Notes: generated from the sequence alone by a model not told the origin. Counted from the stretch's first letter, positions 19,469-30,943 are shown. The stretch: 64,000 bases of DNA from Mycobacteriales bacterium (GCA_036268405.1 DATAUF010000077.1:17682-81681); one strand, 5' to 3'. A program made the numbers and translations.

Positions 19469-21099
19469 AGATCGCGCCGACCTTTACGAAGAGGGCGATT
19501 AGAGCGCCTTATGACGCCTCCTTCGTAAGGCTCGCCGAGAAGCATCGCGCCGGGGCCTTGCTTCTCTGCGTCGTTGCGCTTTTGGGTCTAGCGGTGCCGG
19601 CCGCTGCGTTGACGTCTGCCGCTGCGCCGAGTCCGGTTGGCGGCCTTGTCCAGGTCTGCTACGACGGGTTCGGGCATCCGATCGACACCCCGAAGTACGC
19701 CGTCTGCCGCGGCTTCCAGGCGGCGGTAGACGCGGTTTCCTCGTTGTGCCGAATGCCGCTGCGCGACCTGCCGGACCCGGCGGCCACGCAGGACTGCGAT
19801 CTGGTCGACGGCCGGACGATCAGCGAGGCGCAGGTCGCGGCGTACCGCAAGACCTGGGTGTCGAGGGCACTTTCGCTGCAGAATGCGATCACCCGCCGCG
19901 CATCGCTTTACGAGGTGCAGCTGCCAGGCACGCACAACTCGTTCAACGCGTCGTCGTACCTCGTGCCCCTCGATGGGAAGCCCGTGCAGTACTTCCCGTC
20001 GCTGACCAACCAGGACCCCAACCAGGTCTACTCGATCACCGACCAGCTGCAGATGGGGATCCGGGCGCTCGAGATCGACCTGCACTGGGTGCCCAGCATC
20101 TTCGGCAACCTCGGCACCGGTGGCTACTGGGTGGACGTGTGTCACGGACAGTCGACCGCGATCCCGGACACGGGTCTTTCGGTGCACGTCGGCTGCACGA
20201 TTGACCGCTCACTGCAGAACACGCTCGCCGAGGTCCGGGTGTGGTTGAAAGCCCATCCCCATCAGTTCCTGCTCGTATATCTGGAGAACCAGCTCGACAA
20301 CAAGCTGCAGGCACACGACATCGCGGCATCGCTTCTCACGAATGGTCTCGGCAAGCTGGTCTACCGTCCGCCCGCGTCGTTGAAGGCGGGGCAGTGCGCC
20401 TCGATGCCGTACCGAAAGAGCGAGGTGGCGATGGCGCGGACGGGTGCCCGGGTCCTCCTCGTCGGCAACTGCGGCCCGGGCGACGCCTGGAACCACCTGG
20501 TCTTCACCCGTGGCCCCAAGTGGAACGAAGGCGGCAACCCGACGACGTACGGCGCGGCCGACTGCGCCGCTGACCGCAAGGCGCGCGACAGTCACTCGAC
20601 ATTTCGTCGCTGGTACGAGGAGAGCCCGTTCCTCGAAGCGCTGATGGAAGGTAGTCAGACGCTGACCGCGGACGCGACGCGGAAGATGGTGCGCTGCGGG
20701 GTCAACCTGACGGGGTTCGACCAGCTGGAGCCATTCGACGGTCGATTGCGCGCGTTCGTCTGGAGCTGGGCGGCGGGGGAGCCGGGCGCTCGCGCAGGTT
20801 GCGCCTATCAGGACCGCGCAGGAAGGTTCCGCGCCGGGCCATGTGACGTGGAGCGGCACGCGGCCTGCGTCGACGCTCATGATCACTGGACGGTGAGCTC
20901 TGCTGTCGGGCCGGAGCGGGCCGGTCCGCGGCTGTGCGCGGCGCAGTACCCAGGCAGCCGTTTCGGCGTACCGGCCAACGGGCTACGCAATGCACAGCTG
21001 CGCGCGGCTCGACCGTCACACCAGGCGACGGTGTGGCTCGACTACGCGAAGGTGAACGGTCACTGGCAGGTCGGAGGGGTGTCGACGCCGGTTGGGTAG
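19465..21099 (+). CDS. secreted PI-PLC X-domain-like phosphodiesterase with C-terminal Cys-containing extension
   Basis: A signal-peptide-like segment (AGALLLCVVALLGLAVPAAALTSAAAP) is followed by GTHNSF and EIDLHW motifs of PLC-like phosphodiesterases. Start is uncertain; the TTG at 19465 overlaps the ACAD stop. Confidence 0.5.
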   Translation: MKIAPTFTKRAIRAPYDASFVRLAEKHRAGALLLCVVALLGLAVPAAALTSAAAPSPVGGLVQVCYDGFGHPIDTPKYAVCRGFQAAVDAVSSLCRMPLRDLPDPAATQDCDLVDGRTISEAQVAAYRKTWVSRALSLQNAITRRASLYEVQLPGTHNSFNASSYLVPLDGKPVQYFPSLTNQDPNQVYSITDQLQMGIRALEIDLHWVPSIFGNLGTGGYWVDVCHGQSTAIPDTGLSVHVGCTIDRSLQNTLAEVRVWLKAHPHQFLLVYLENQLDNKLQAHDIAASLLTNGLGKLVYRPPASLKAGQCASMPYRKSEVAMARTGARVLLVGNCGPGDAWNHLVFTRGPKWNEGGNPTTYGAADCAADRKARDSHSTFRRWYEESPFLEALMEGSQTLTADATRKMVRCGVNLTGFDQLEPFDGRLRAFVWSWAAGEPGARAGCAYQDRAGRFRAGPCDVERHAACVDAHDHWTVSSAVGPERAGPRLCAAQYPGSRFGVPANGLRNAQLRAARPSHQATVWLDYAKVNGHWQVGGVSTPVG

Positions 21100-21108
21100 G
21101 GTCGCCCC

Positions 21109-22071
21109 GTGACTGATCGTTACGGCATCACCTTCCCCTTCGACGACATCTCGCTGCCCGACCAGCGGGGAATCGTCGAGTCGCTCGCGGACCTGGGGTA
21201 CACCGACCTGTGGTCCGCAGAGTCCAACGGCTACGACGGGTTCACCCCGCTCGCCCTGGCGAGTGTCTGGGCGCCGACACTGCGGCTCGGCGTCGCGATC
21301 ATCCCGGTCTACACGCGCGGGCCCGCAACGCTCGCGATGTGCGCCGGCACGCTGGCAGCGGCGGCGCCGGGACGGTTCGTGCTCGGGATCGGGACGTCGT
21401 CCAACGTGATCGTCGAGAAGTGGAACAGCACGCCGTTCGAGGCGCCGTACGCCAAGGTCCGCGACACGCTCGCGTTTCTGAAGGCCGCGATGGGCGGCGA
21501 GAAGGTCAGCGAGAAGTACGAGACCTTCGAGGTGAGCGGCTTCCGGATGGGATTCACTCCTCCCGTCCCTCCGACGGTCCTCGTCGCCGCGCTGCGTCCG
21601 GGAATGCTGAAGCTCGCCGGTCGCGAGGCCGATGGCGCGATCACCAACTGGCTCGCCCCGAAAGACGTGCCCGCGGTTGCGGGGGCGCTCGCCGAAGGTG
21701 GCGACGGCAAGGAGCTCGCGGCGCGGATCTTCGTGGCGCCGACCGATGACGTCGACATGGCGCGCGCGGTCGGCAGGTTCGCCATTGCGGCGTACCTCAC
21801 CGTGCCGGTCTACCGCGCCTTCCACGAGTGGCTTGGTCGTGGCGAGCTGATGGCGCCGATGCAGGAGGCGTGGGCAGCGGGTGACCGCAAGGGCGCGCTG
21901 GCCGCGATCCCCGACGAGCTGGTCGACGACCTTGTCGTGCATGGCGCGCCGGCCGCTTGTCGCGAACGCATCGGGGAGTACGTCGCAAACGGCATCACGA
22001 CACCCGTCCTTGCGGTGCTGCCGGTCGGGGTGGAAGCACCGGCCGCGGTCCGAGAACTCGCCCCCCGATGA
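21109..22071 (+). CDS. LLM-class (luciferase-like) F420-dependent oxidoreductase
   Basis: The sequence contains DLGYTDLWSAESNGYDGF ... LGIGTSS. Confidence 0.8.
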   Translation: MTDRYGITFPFDDISLPDQRGIVESLADLGYTDLWSAESNGYDGFTPLALASVWAPTLRLGVAIIPVYTRGPATLAMCAGTLAAAAPGRFVLGIGTSSNVIVEKWNSTPFEAPYAKVRDTLAFLKAAMGGEKVSEKYETFEVSGFRMGFTPPVPPTVLVAALRPGMLKLAGREADGAITNWLAPKDVPAVAGALAEGGDGKELAARIFVAPTDDVDMARAVGRFAIAAYLTVPVYRAFHEWLGRGELMAPMQEAWAAGDRKGALAAIPDELVDDLVVHGAPAACRERIGEYVANGITTPVLAVLPVGVEAPAAVRELAPR

Positions 22072-22856
22072 CCTTTACCGAGATGAGCGAGGTCGTCATC
22101 TACGCCGTCGAGGATGGCGTCGCCATCATCACGCTCAACCGCCCCGAGGCGCTCAACGCCTGGACGTTCGACATGGGCGTGCAATATCTGAGTCGGCTGG
22201 ACGAGGCGGCCGCCGACACCGCCGTCAAGGCGGTGATCGTCACCGGCGCCGGACGTGGCTTCTGTGCCGGCGCGGATATGGGCATGCTCAAACAGCTGAT
22301 CGGTGGTGAGCTGCCCCCGGCGGGGGGCGTACGCGACGACTTTGCGACCGAGCCCGCGGTGCCGAAGCCGGTGATCGCCGCGATCAACGGCCCGTGCGTC
22401 GGTCTCGGGCTCGCCCGCGCCCTCTACTGCGACGTCCGGTTCCTCGCCCGAGGAACCAAGCTGTCGACCGCGTTCGCGCGCCGGGGCCTGCCGGCCGAGG
22501 ACGGGCTGGCGTGGTTGATCCCGCGGATCGTCGGCTGGTCGCGGGGGCTGGACCTGCTGCTCTCGGCGCGAACCATCACCGACAGCGAGGCGCTCTCGCT
22601 CGGCCTCGTCACGCATGTCGTCGACGATGCGCTGGCGGCGGCGAAGGACTACGCGCGAGAGATGGTCGAGAACTGCTCGCCCGCCTCGCTTCGCGAGATC
22701 AAGGACCAGATCTGGGGCGGATCGAGCGCAACGCTGCAGGAAGCGAACACCAGGGCCGACGCGCTGCTGCTCGCGGCGTTCGAGCGCCCCGACCTCGCCG
22801 AAAGCGTCGCGGCGTACCTGGAGAAGCGCCCCCCGAGCTTCCCGCCCCTGACGTAG
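22068..22856 (+). CDS. enoyl-CoA hydratase/isomerase (crotonase family)
   Basis: The sequence contains ITLNRPEALNAW and GAGRGFCAGADM. Its start overlaps the upstream gene's stop as ATGA. Confidence 0.8.
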   Translation: MTFTEMSEVVIYAVEDGVAIITLNRPEALNAWTFDMGVQYLSRLDEAAADTAVKAVIVTGAGRGFCAGADMGMLKQLIGGELPPAGGVRDDFATEPAVPKPVIAAINGPCVGLGLARALYCDVRFLARGTKLSTAFARRGLPAEDGLAWLIPRIVGWSRGLDLLLSARTITDSEALSLGLVTHVVDDALAAAKDYAREMVENCSPASLREIKDQIWGGSSATLQEANTRADALLLAAFERPDLAESVAAYLEKRPPSFPPLT

Positions 22857-22859
22857 CAC

Positions 22860-22922
22860 GTCGAGGCCAACCTTCTTGGTCTCTCGCGGGGGTCTGAAAG
22901 ACCCAAAAGGTTGGCCTCGACG
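22860..22922. repeat. palindromic intergenic repeat, copy A (GTCGAGGCCAACC...GGTTGGCCTCGAC)
   Basis: A 63-bp imperfect palindrome with an inner GGTCTGAAAGACC hairpin. It lies between convergent genes. Confidence 0.85.
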
Positions 22923-22927
22923 ATGCT

Positions 22928-23893
22928 TTAGCGGGCGGTCTCGAACCAGCGGCGGGGGTTGTCGACCAGCAGCGTGTCGATCTGAGCATCGGTGACGCCC
23001 AGATCCCGCAGCGCTGGAAGCACATCCTTGCTGATGTGCAGGAAGTTCCAGTTCGGCGCTGCTTCGAGCATGCTCGGCTCGACCCAGTCGAAGTAGCAGG
23101 ACGCGTCGTGGGCAAGCGCCATCCGCTCGCCGTAGCCGCGGCGGATCAGCTCCGCGACCATCTCGACGCGCTTCTCGAACGGCAGGTACATGTCGACGCC
23201 GAAGCGGTCCATGCCCAGCAGATAGCCGAGGTCGGCGAGGTGCGAGAGGTGGTCCGGGTCGCCTGAGTCGCCGCTGTGAGCCAGGCACACCGCACTCGGG
23301 ACGACGCCCTCCTCCTGCAGCACCTTGTGGACCTCGAGACCACGCTCGGTCCCGGGATGCGTGTGCACCATGATCGGCGCACCGGTACGCAGATGCGCCT
23401 TGGCGACGGCTCGCAGGATCCGCTCGACGCCGGGCAGCATTCCCGGCTCATCGATCGCGCACTTGAGGAAGGCCGCCCGTACACCGGTGTCGCCGATGCC
23501 CGCGGTGATGTCGGTCACGAACATGTCGACCATCGGGTCCGGCCGGTCCAACCCCATGAAGGGCCCGCGCAGCGTGAAGTACTTGGGCAGGTCGTTGTAG
23601 GTGTAGACACCTGTCGCGACCACGATGTTGAGGTCGATCTGCTTGGCGATCTCGACGATTCGCGGGATGTAACGGCCCAGCCCGACCACCGTCGGATCGG
23701 CGATCGTGTCGATTCCGGCTTCCTTCAGCGCCGTCAGCTTGGCGATTGCGTCGGTGACGTTGCGCTCTTCGTCCCAGTCGGTCTTGAAGTTCGCCTGCAC
23801 CTCCGTCGTCATGACGAAGACGTGCTCGTGGATCAAAGTGCGACCGAGGGCCCCGGTGTCGATGGGGCCCCCGGCCGTGGGGATCTCAGGCAA
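22928..23893 (-). CDS. phosphotriesterase-family protein (PTE-like lactonase/aryldialkylphosphatase-related)
   Basis: The N-terminal GPIDTGALGRTLIHEHVF metal-binding HxH motif defines the family. The start codon is TTG. Confidence 0.75.
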   Translation of the reverse strand: MPEIPTAGGPIDTGALGRTLIHEHVFVMTTEVQANFKTDWDEERNVTDAIAKLTALKEAGIDTIADPTVVGLGRYIPRIVEIAKQIDLNIVVATGVYTYNDLPKYFTLRGPFMGLDRPDPMVDMFVTDITAGIGDTGVRAAFLKCAIDEPGMLPGVERILRAVAKAHLRTGAPIMVHTHPGTERGLEVHKVLQEEGVVPSAVCLAHSGDSGDPDHLSHLADLGYLLGMDRFGVDMYLPFEKRVEMVAELIRRGYGERMALAHDASCYFDWVEPSMLEAAPNWNFLHISKDVLPALRDLGVTDAQIDTLLVDNPRRWFETAR

Positions 23894-23896
23894 ATA

Positions 23897-24502
23897 TCAC
23901 CGCGCTAGTGGAAGGGTCGGAAGGATCGATCGGTTGAACGTCGAGTTCGTCACGCCGGCGAAGGATGCGTACCAGGCTGCTGCTGCCGTTGCGACACCGA
24001 TCCAACCACCGATGTGGGTGATGTGCGCACTTGCATGGAACGCGCCGATCGTCAGGAACACAAAGGTGATCGTCAGCAGCGCGAACACGGCCAGCACAGC
24101 GCCGCTGACTCGCATCGCCGCGATCGTCATGTACGCCGTGAAGATCGCCCAGGCGAGGAAGAAAGTGCCGAACAGCGCCTCCGTGCCCGGTGCGCCCGGC
24201 ACGATCTTGCCGACCTGCACGATGAAGAAGACCGCGATCCAGAATCCGCCGTACGAAGAGAACGCGGTTGCGCCGAAGGTGTTGCCTCGCTTGAACTCCC
24301 ACATCCCGGCGAGCAGCTGCACGCTTCCGCCGTAAGCAATGGCCGTGTAGACCGCGGCTGCCGCCGCGGACGGGTAAACGTTGGCGTTGGCCAGACTCAG
24401 GATGAACGTGGTCAGGGCGAAGGCGGCGAGCCCGAGCGGCGCGGGGTCGGCGACGTCGGGTACAGGGGCCGGGACTGGTCGTTCGGATGTCGTCGTTGAC
24501 AT
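23897..24502 (-). CDS. satP: GPR1/FUN34/YaaH-family acetate/succinate transporter
   Basis: The family motif (D)PAPLGLAAFALTTF is present, with six TM helices. Confidence 0.85.
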   Translation of the reverse strand: MSTTTSERPVPAPVPDVADPAPLGLAAFALTTFILSLANANVYPSAAAAAVYTAIAYGGSVQLLAGMWEFKRGNTFGATAFSSYGGFWIAVFFIVQVGKIVPGAPGTEALFGTFFLAWAIFTAYMTIAAMRVSGAVLAVFALLTITFVFLTIGAFHASAHITHIGGWIGVATAAAAWYASFAGVTNSTFNRSILPTLPLAR

Positions 24503-24504
24503 TC

Positions 24505-26475
<1,971 letters not shown>

Positions 26476-26626
26476 GTCTGCTGCCTTTCCGCAGGTGTCG
26501 TGACGGGCCGTGCCCAGATTCTGATCAGACCACACTCGCCCTCTACCCCGCGAACCATCCAAAAAGTCGCAATCGGCTCCGCCGGCGCGACGGCACTCCG
26601 CGTCCTTTGCGGCATGCTTGTCGGAC

Positions 26627-27994
26627 ATGGCGCTGATGTCGTTGCAGGACGCGGCCTTCCTGCTGCCCGAAACCCGCGAGCAGCCGATGCACGTCGGCGG
26701 CCTCCAGCTGTTCACGACGCCAGTGGGCGCCGACCGCGACTACCTCAAGAACGTGTACGCCGAGCTGGTTGCGGTCGACGAGATCGCGCCGCTGTTCCGG
26801 CAGCGTGCCCATCGCTCTCTGGGCACGCTGGGCCAGTGGGCCTGGCAGGAGGACAAGGAGCTCGACCTCGAGCACCATGTCCGGCACTCCGCTTTGCCGC
26901 GTCCCGGCCGAATCCGCGAGTTGCTCGCGCTGGTCTCTCGGCTGCACAGCACGCTGCTCGACCGCCAGCGGCCGCTGTGGGAGATGCACCTCATCGAGGG
27001 ACTGGACGACGGACGGTTCGCGATCTACTTCAAGTCCCACCACGCGGTCATGGACGGCGTCTCGGGCCTGCGGCTGATGCAGAGCTCGCTGTCCACGGAC
27101 GCCGACGACCGCAGCCTGTGTGCGCCGTACCTGCCGAGAGAAAGCCATCGCGACCACGCGGGCGGCGGTTTCTCGGCCGGCGCGCTGGCCGGCATGGCAC
27201 GCGGTGCCTTCAACGAGACGGTCGCCCTCGGGCCCCTCGTCTATCGCGCGGCCGACCGGCTGATCCGCGAGCAGGCAGCCGCCCTGCCGAGTGCGGCGCC
27301 GCGCACGATCCTCAACGGTCCGATCACGGGCTCACGGCGATTCGCGGCGCAGTCGTGGCCGTTGGAGCGGCTGCACGCCATCCGGCGGTCGGCCGGCGTG
27401 ACGCTGAACGATGTCGTCCTCGCATTGTGCTCAGGCGCTCTCCGCACCTATCTCGACGAGCAGCACGCGTTGCCCGATGCTTCGCTCGTTGCGATGGTTC
27501 CGGTGCATCTGAGCAGCATCGGCAAAGGAGGGAGCGCCGGCAACAACGTCGGTGCGATCCTGACGAGCCTCGGTACCGACCAGACCGATCCGGCGCGGCG
27601 ACTCGAGACGATCGTCGCGTCGATGCAGCAGGGCAAGGACCTGCTCGGCAGCCTCAGTCGCCTGCAAGCGGTCGCGATGTCCGCCGTTTCCATGGCACCG
27701 CTTGCGATGAGCTCGTTGTTCGGCATCAACCGACTGTTGCCGCCGCCGTTCAACCTGGTGATCTCCAACGTTCCCGGCCCGAAGGTCCCGTTGTGGATGC
27801 AGGGAGCCCGTCTCGACGCGTTCTACCCGCTGTCGATTCCCACGGTGGGGCAGGCGCTCAACATCACCGTGACGAGCTACGTCGACAACCTGGAGTTCGG
27901 GCTCACGGGCTGCCGTCGTCACGTCCCGCATCTGCAGCGACTGCTGACCCACATCGACGCCTCGCTGGACGAGCTCGAGGCTGCTGTCGGCTGA
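26627..27994 (+). CDS. wax ester synthase/diacylglycerol acyltransferase (WS/DGAT)
   Basis: The HHAVMDGVS catalytic motif is present, with a MALMSLQDAAFL N-terminus. Confidence 0.85.
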   Translation: MALMSLQDAAFLLPETREQPMHVGGLQLFTTPVGADRDYLKNVYAELVAVDEIAPLFRQRAHRSLGTLGQWAWQEDKELDLEHHVRHSALPRPGRIRELLALVSRLHSTLLDRQRPLWEMHLIEGLDDGRFAIYFKSHHAVMDGVSGLRLMQSSLSTDADDRSLCAPYLPRESHRDHAGGGFSAGALAGMARGAFNETVALGPLVYRAADRLIREQAAALPSAAPRTILNGPITGSRRFAAQSWPLERLHAIRRSAGVTLNDVVLALCSGALRTYLDEQHALPDASLVAMVPVHLSSIGKGGSAGNNVGAILTSLGTDQTDPARRLETIVASMQQGKDLLGSLSRLQAVAMSAVSMAPLAMSSLFGINRLLPPPFNLVISNVPGPKVPLWMQGARLDAFYPLSIPTVGQALNITVTSYVDNLEFGLTGCRRHVPHLQRLLTHIDASLDELEAAVG

Positions 27995-28066
27995 TCTGTC
28001 GACGCTGAACCACGAGCCGACCGACGCCGTACTAAACATCGTGGGACAGGTGAGCTCGTGGGCACG

Positions 28067-28594
28067 GGGATGATGGTCGCCGTGGACCGAGCGGATGAGA
28101 CTGCGCTGCGCGAGTTGTACGACGCGCATGCCGGTGCGCTGCTCGCGTACTCGATCAGGCTGACGGGTGGCGATCGCGGGCGCGCCGAAGATGTCGTGCA
28201 AGAGACGATGTTGCGGGCATGGCGGCACCGGGACTCCCTCGACGAGTCCAAGGGCCCGATCCGTCCGTGGTTGTTCACGGTTGCCCATCGCGTAGCGATT
28301 GACGCGTATCGGGCGCGGGCGGCGCGCCCCACTGAGGTCGGGGACAGCGTGCTCGAGTCCATCCCGCGTGCGGACGACATCGACGCCCGGCTCGACCGGC
28401 TGCTGATCAGCGACGCCATGCTGGCGCTGTCCGCCGAGCACCGCAGCGTTCTCGTCGAGACCTACTACCGCGGCCGGTCGGTCGCTGAGGCTGCCGAGGT
28501 GCTTGGCGTCCCCGCCGGAACGGTCAAGTCGCGGACGTTCTACGCGCTTCGCGCCCTCAAGCTTGCGCTTGCCGAGAGAGGAGTGACCACATGA
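28067..28594 (+). CDS. ECF (sigma-70 family) RNA polymerase sigma factor
   Basis: Region 2 (VVQETMLRAWRH) and region 4 (SVAEAAEVLGVPAGTVKSR) are both present. Confidence 0.8.
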   Translation, partial: GMMVAVDRADETALRELYDAHAGALLAYSIRLTGGDRGRAEDVVQETMLRAWRHRDSLDESKGPIRPWLFTVAHRVAIDAYRARAARPTEVGDSVLESIPRADDIDARLDRLLISDAMLALSAEHRSVLVETYYRGRSVAEAAEVLGVPAGTVKSRTFYALRALKLALAERGVTT

Positions 28595-29286
28595 TCTGTT
28601 CCGACGCCACTATCGCGCTCGGCGCATACGTGCTGGGCACGCTCGACGGGCACGAGCGCTCAGAGGTCGACGCCCACCTGCGTGGCTGTGTCGACTGCCG
28701 CGCGGCGCTCGACGAGCTCGCGGCCCTCCCGGCATTGCTCGAGCGGCTGAGCCTGCAGGATCTCGGCGAGGCGATCCCGCTTGCGGATGCCCCCGAGGAG
28801 CTGTTTGCCAAGGTCGCGGCACAAGCGCGCGCCGAACACGACCGCTCCGAGTCGGCCGCACCTGTCTCCGCTGTCGTCCTGCCATTCCATCGTCGTCGGC
28901 GGGTGCAGCTCGCATCGGCGGCGGCGGCGGTCGTGCTCATCGCGGGGGCGACCACGACCGTGGCGCTCGTCGGCTCCTCGGGTCCGGACCGCCCCGGTGT
29001 GCAGGTGGTCGCAGGCGCGCAGGGACCGGTCCACATGAGGGTGGCGCTGTCGTCCCAGACGGCCGGAACGGCCCTGCGGGTATCGGTGTCAGGGCTGCCC
29101 AAGGATGAGCGCTGCCGGCTGGTGGCCATCGCCGACGACGGCACCAGGGACTACGTCGGCCGGTGGTATGCGACGTACTCAGGTGACGCCCAGGTGACCG
29201 GCTCGACGTCGATCGCGACCGGGCAGCTTGCACAGCTCGTGCTGCTCGGCACCGATGGCAAGAAGCTGGTGAGCGTCCCGATCTGA
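28591..29286 (+). CDS. anti-sigma factor (zinc-finger, membrane-spanning)
   Basis: An HxxxCxxC motif (HLRGCVDCRAA) is followed by a central TM segment. Its start overlaps the sigma factor stop as ATGA. Confidence 0.65.
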   Translation: MICSDATIALGAYVLGTLDGHERSEVDAHLRGCVDCRAALDELAALPALLERLSLQDLGEAIPLADAPEELFAKVAAQARAEHDRSESAAPVSAVVLPFHRRRRVQLASAAAAVVLIAGATTTVALVGSSGPDRPGVQVVAGAQGPVHMRVALSSQTAGTALRVSVSGLPKDERCRLVAIADDGTRDYVGRWYATYSGDAQVTGSTSIATGQLAQLVLLGTDGKKLVSVPI

Positions 29287-29456
29287 TGCTGGTGACCGTG
29301 CCGACCTGATCGTGGCGGGGGCGCCCGTTCGCACCGGGCTGTACGGCCATTCGGCCTAGTCTCGTGTGGCATTTGCCTCGGCCACCTGCGGGGTTCGTTC
29401 CCTCCCGATTTCGGGCAGTATCCGGATATCCGCCTGTCGGACCAGGAGTCTTCCCC

Positions 29457-29834
29457 ATGCAGAGCGCCACACGAGAGGTCCTGACGCTCACGGCATCCCG
29501 CCGAGCGCCGGCTCAGGCGCGCCGTGCGGTCCACGACTTCGCCGCGGCTGTGTCGCCCGCGTCCGCGCGCACGGCTGAGCTGCTCGCCTCGGAGCTGGTG
29601 ACCAACGCCGTCACCCACGGTCGCGGGCCGGTACGCGTGCTCATGGAGTACGACGCGAGGGGGCTCGCGGTGACGGTCTCTGATGATGAGTCGGCGGCAC
29701 CGGTGGTCGCCGATGCGCCGCCGACCGCGACCGGCGGTCGTGGGATGCGGCTGGTCGACGTGCTCTCGACGTCCTGGGGTGTGACCCCTGACCGGCCCGG
29801 GCCGGGAAAGGGCGTGTGGTTCCGCCTCGGATGA
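29457..29834 (+). CDS. HATPase_c-type ATP-binding regulatory protein (RsbW-like anti-sigma factor / serine kinase family)
   Basis: LASELVTNAVTHG (N-box) and ATGGRGMRLV (G-box) are present. Confidence 0.6.
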   Translation: MQSATREVLTLTASRRAPAQARRAVHDFAAAVSPASARTAELLASELVTNAVTHGRGPVRVLMEYDARGLAVTVSDDESAAPVVADAPPTATGGRGMRLVDVLSTSWGVTPDRPGPGKGVWFRLG

Positions 29835-29869
29835 CTCGGAGCGACGTAGGGCGCTGACTGTGGCAGGCC

Positions 29870-30043
29870 TTAGCGGTGTCCCGACACCGGATTCGCTTCA
29901 CGATCGGCGGCCGCGGGGACACGGCAGACTTGCGGGGCGCCGTCACAGCAGGGCTCGTAGTAGAGGCAGCTCGGACATCGGTTGTGTGCCTGTTCGGCGT
30001 ACATCTGGGTTCCGCAGTTGGGACAAGGCAGATCAAGCGCCAT
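29870..30043 (-). CDS. small CPxCG zinc-ribbon protein (57 aa), not in the ORF track
   Basis: The reverse-complement translation is MALDLPCPNCGTQMYAEQAHNRCPSCLYYEPCCDGAPQVCRVPAAADREANPVSGHR. It is divergent from imuA', with the LexA box in the shared 74-bp intergenic region. Confidence 0.4.
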   Translation of the reverse strand: MALDLPCPNCGTQMYAEQAHNRCPSCLYYEPCCDGAPQVCRVPAAADREANPVSGHR

Positions 30044-30091
30044 CGGGCCATGATGAGCGAAGGAATCACCCGGAACCCGTATTGACTTGAT

Positions 30092-30107
30092 TCGAACATA
30101 CGTTCGA
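30092..30107. promoter_or_regulatory. LexA (SOS) box, actinobacterial Cheo-box type TCGAAC-N4-GTTCGA
   Basis: The exact palindrome tcgaacatacgttcga lies 11 bp upstream of the imuA' ATG. A TTGACT -35-like hexamer sits immediately upstream. Confidence 0.8.
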
Positions 30108-30117
30108 TGATGGCCGG

Positions 30118-30846
30118 ATGGTCGACACGGCAGTCCGGTCGCTAGCCCGCACTCTCGAGCTGCAGTCGGCCGTGCAGCCTGCCGCTGTTGCAGGGACCCG
30201 GTCGCCCGCGCTCTCCGTGCTTCCTGCGCTGCAGTCCCTGCTCCCGGACGGGCTGCGGCGTGGCAGCACTGTCAGCGTCAGCGGATCGACGTCGTTGCTG
30301 TTGGCGTTGCTTGCCGCGGCATCGGCCGAGGGTGCGTGGTGTGTGCTGGTCGACCTGCCGTTCGGCGGCGGCGCGGCCCAGCTGTCGGCAGAGGCGGCGG
30401 AGGACTACGGGATCGACCTGGCGAGGCTTCCGCTGGTGCCCTGTGCCGGGAAGAGCTGGACGACCGTCGTCGGAGCTCTGCTCGACGCGTTCGACGTTGT
30501 CGCGGCCCGCCCACCCACGCGATTGCCCGACGGCGATCTGCGCCGGCTCGCGGCCCGAGCCCGGGCCAGGCAGTCGGTGCTCGTGCCGGTCCTCGCGTCG
30601 GGCGGGCGTTGGCCGACGGCTGACCTGCGCCTGGCCGCCGAGCCCGGTGAGTGGGTCGGCATCGGGGACGGCTACGGCCGGTTGTCTCGTCGGCAGGTGA
30701 GGGTGGTCGTCGACGGTCGCGGACAGTCCGCTGGGGGTCGCTCGGCAACCTTGTGGCTACCCGATGCTCGCGGGGGCGTGACACCCGAGGAGACCGAGTC
30801 GGTCGCACCTGTGGTGAAGCTGTCCGAGGCACGATTCAGTGGCTAG
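30118..30846 (+). CDS. imuA': ImuA' (RecA/SulA-like mutasome accessory protein)
   Basis: It is the first gene of a LexA-box-controlled cassette followed by imuB and dnaE2, with a degenerate RecA-like fold. Confidence 0.7.
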   Translation: MVDTAVRSLARTLELQSAVQPAAVAGTRSPALSVLPALQSLLPDGLRRGSTVSVSGSTSLLLALLAAASAEGAWCVLVDLPFGGGAAQLSAEAAEDYGIDLARLPLVPCAGKSWTTVVGALLDAFDVVAARPPTRLPDGDLRRLAARARARQSVLVPVLASGGRWPTADLRLAAEPGEWVGIGDGYGRLSRRQVRVVVDGRGQSAGGRSATLWLPDARGGVTPEETESVAPVVKLSEARFSG

Positions 30847-30855
30847 TGGCCGTAC

Positions 30856-30943
30856 CGATCGACCCGGCGTGGATAGACCCTGTGCGGATAGACCCAGCGT
30901 GGATAGACCCTGTGCGGATAGACCCAGCGCGGATCTACCCAGG
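30856..30943. repeat. 15/30-bp tandem repeat (GGATAGACCCTGTGC GGATAGACCCAGCGT) x about 2.5-5.5 at imuA'/imuB junction
   Basis: Read directly in the sequence. The unit length is a multiple of 3. Confidence 0.85.

Noticed and set aside
29860-30099. Track ORFs 29860-30090(+), 29876-30085(+) and 29641-30099(-) as genes.
   Set aside because: Their composition is biased and they have no motifs. The minus-strand 57-aa zinc-ribbon frame in the same place is more convincing.
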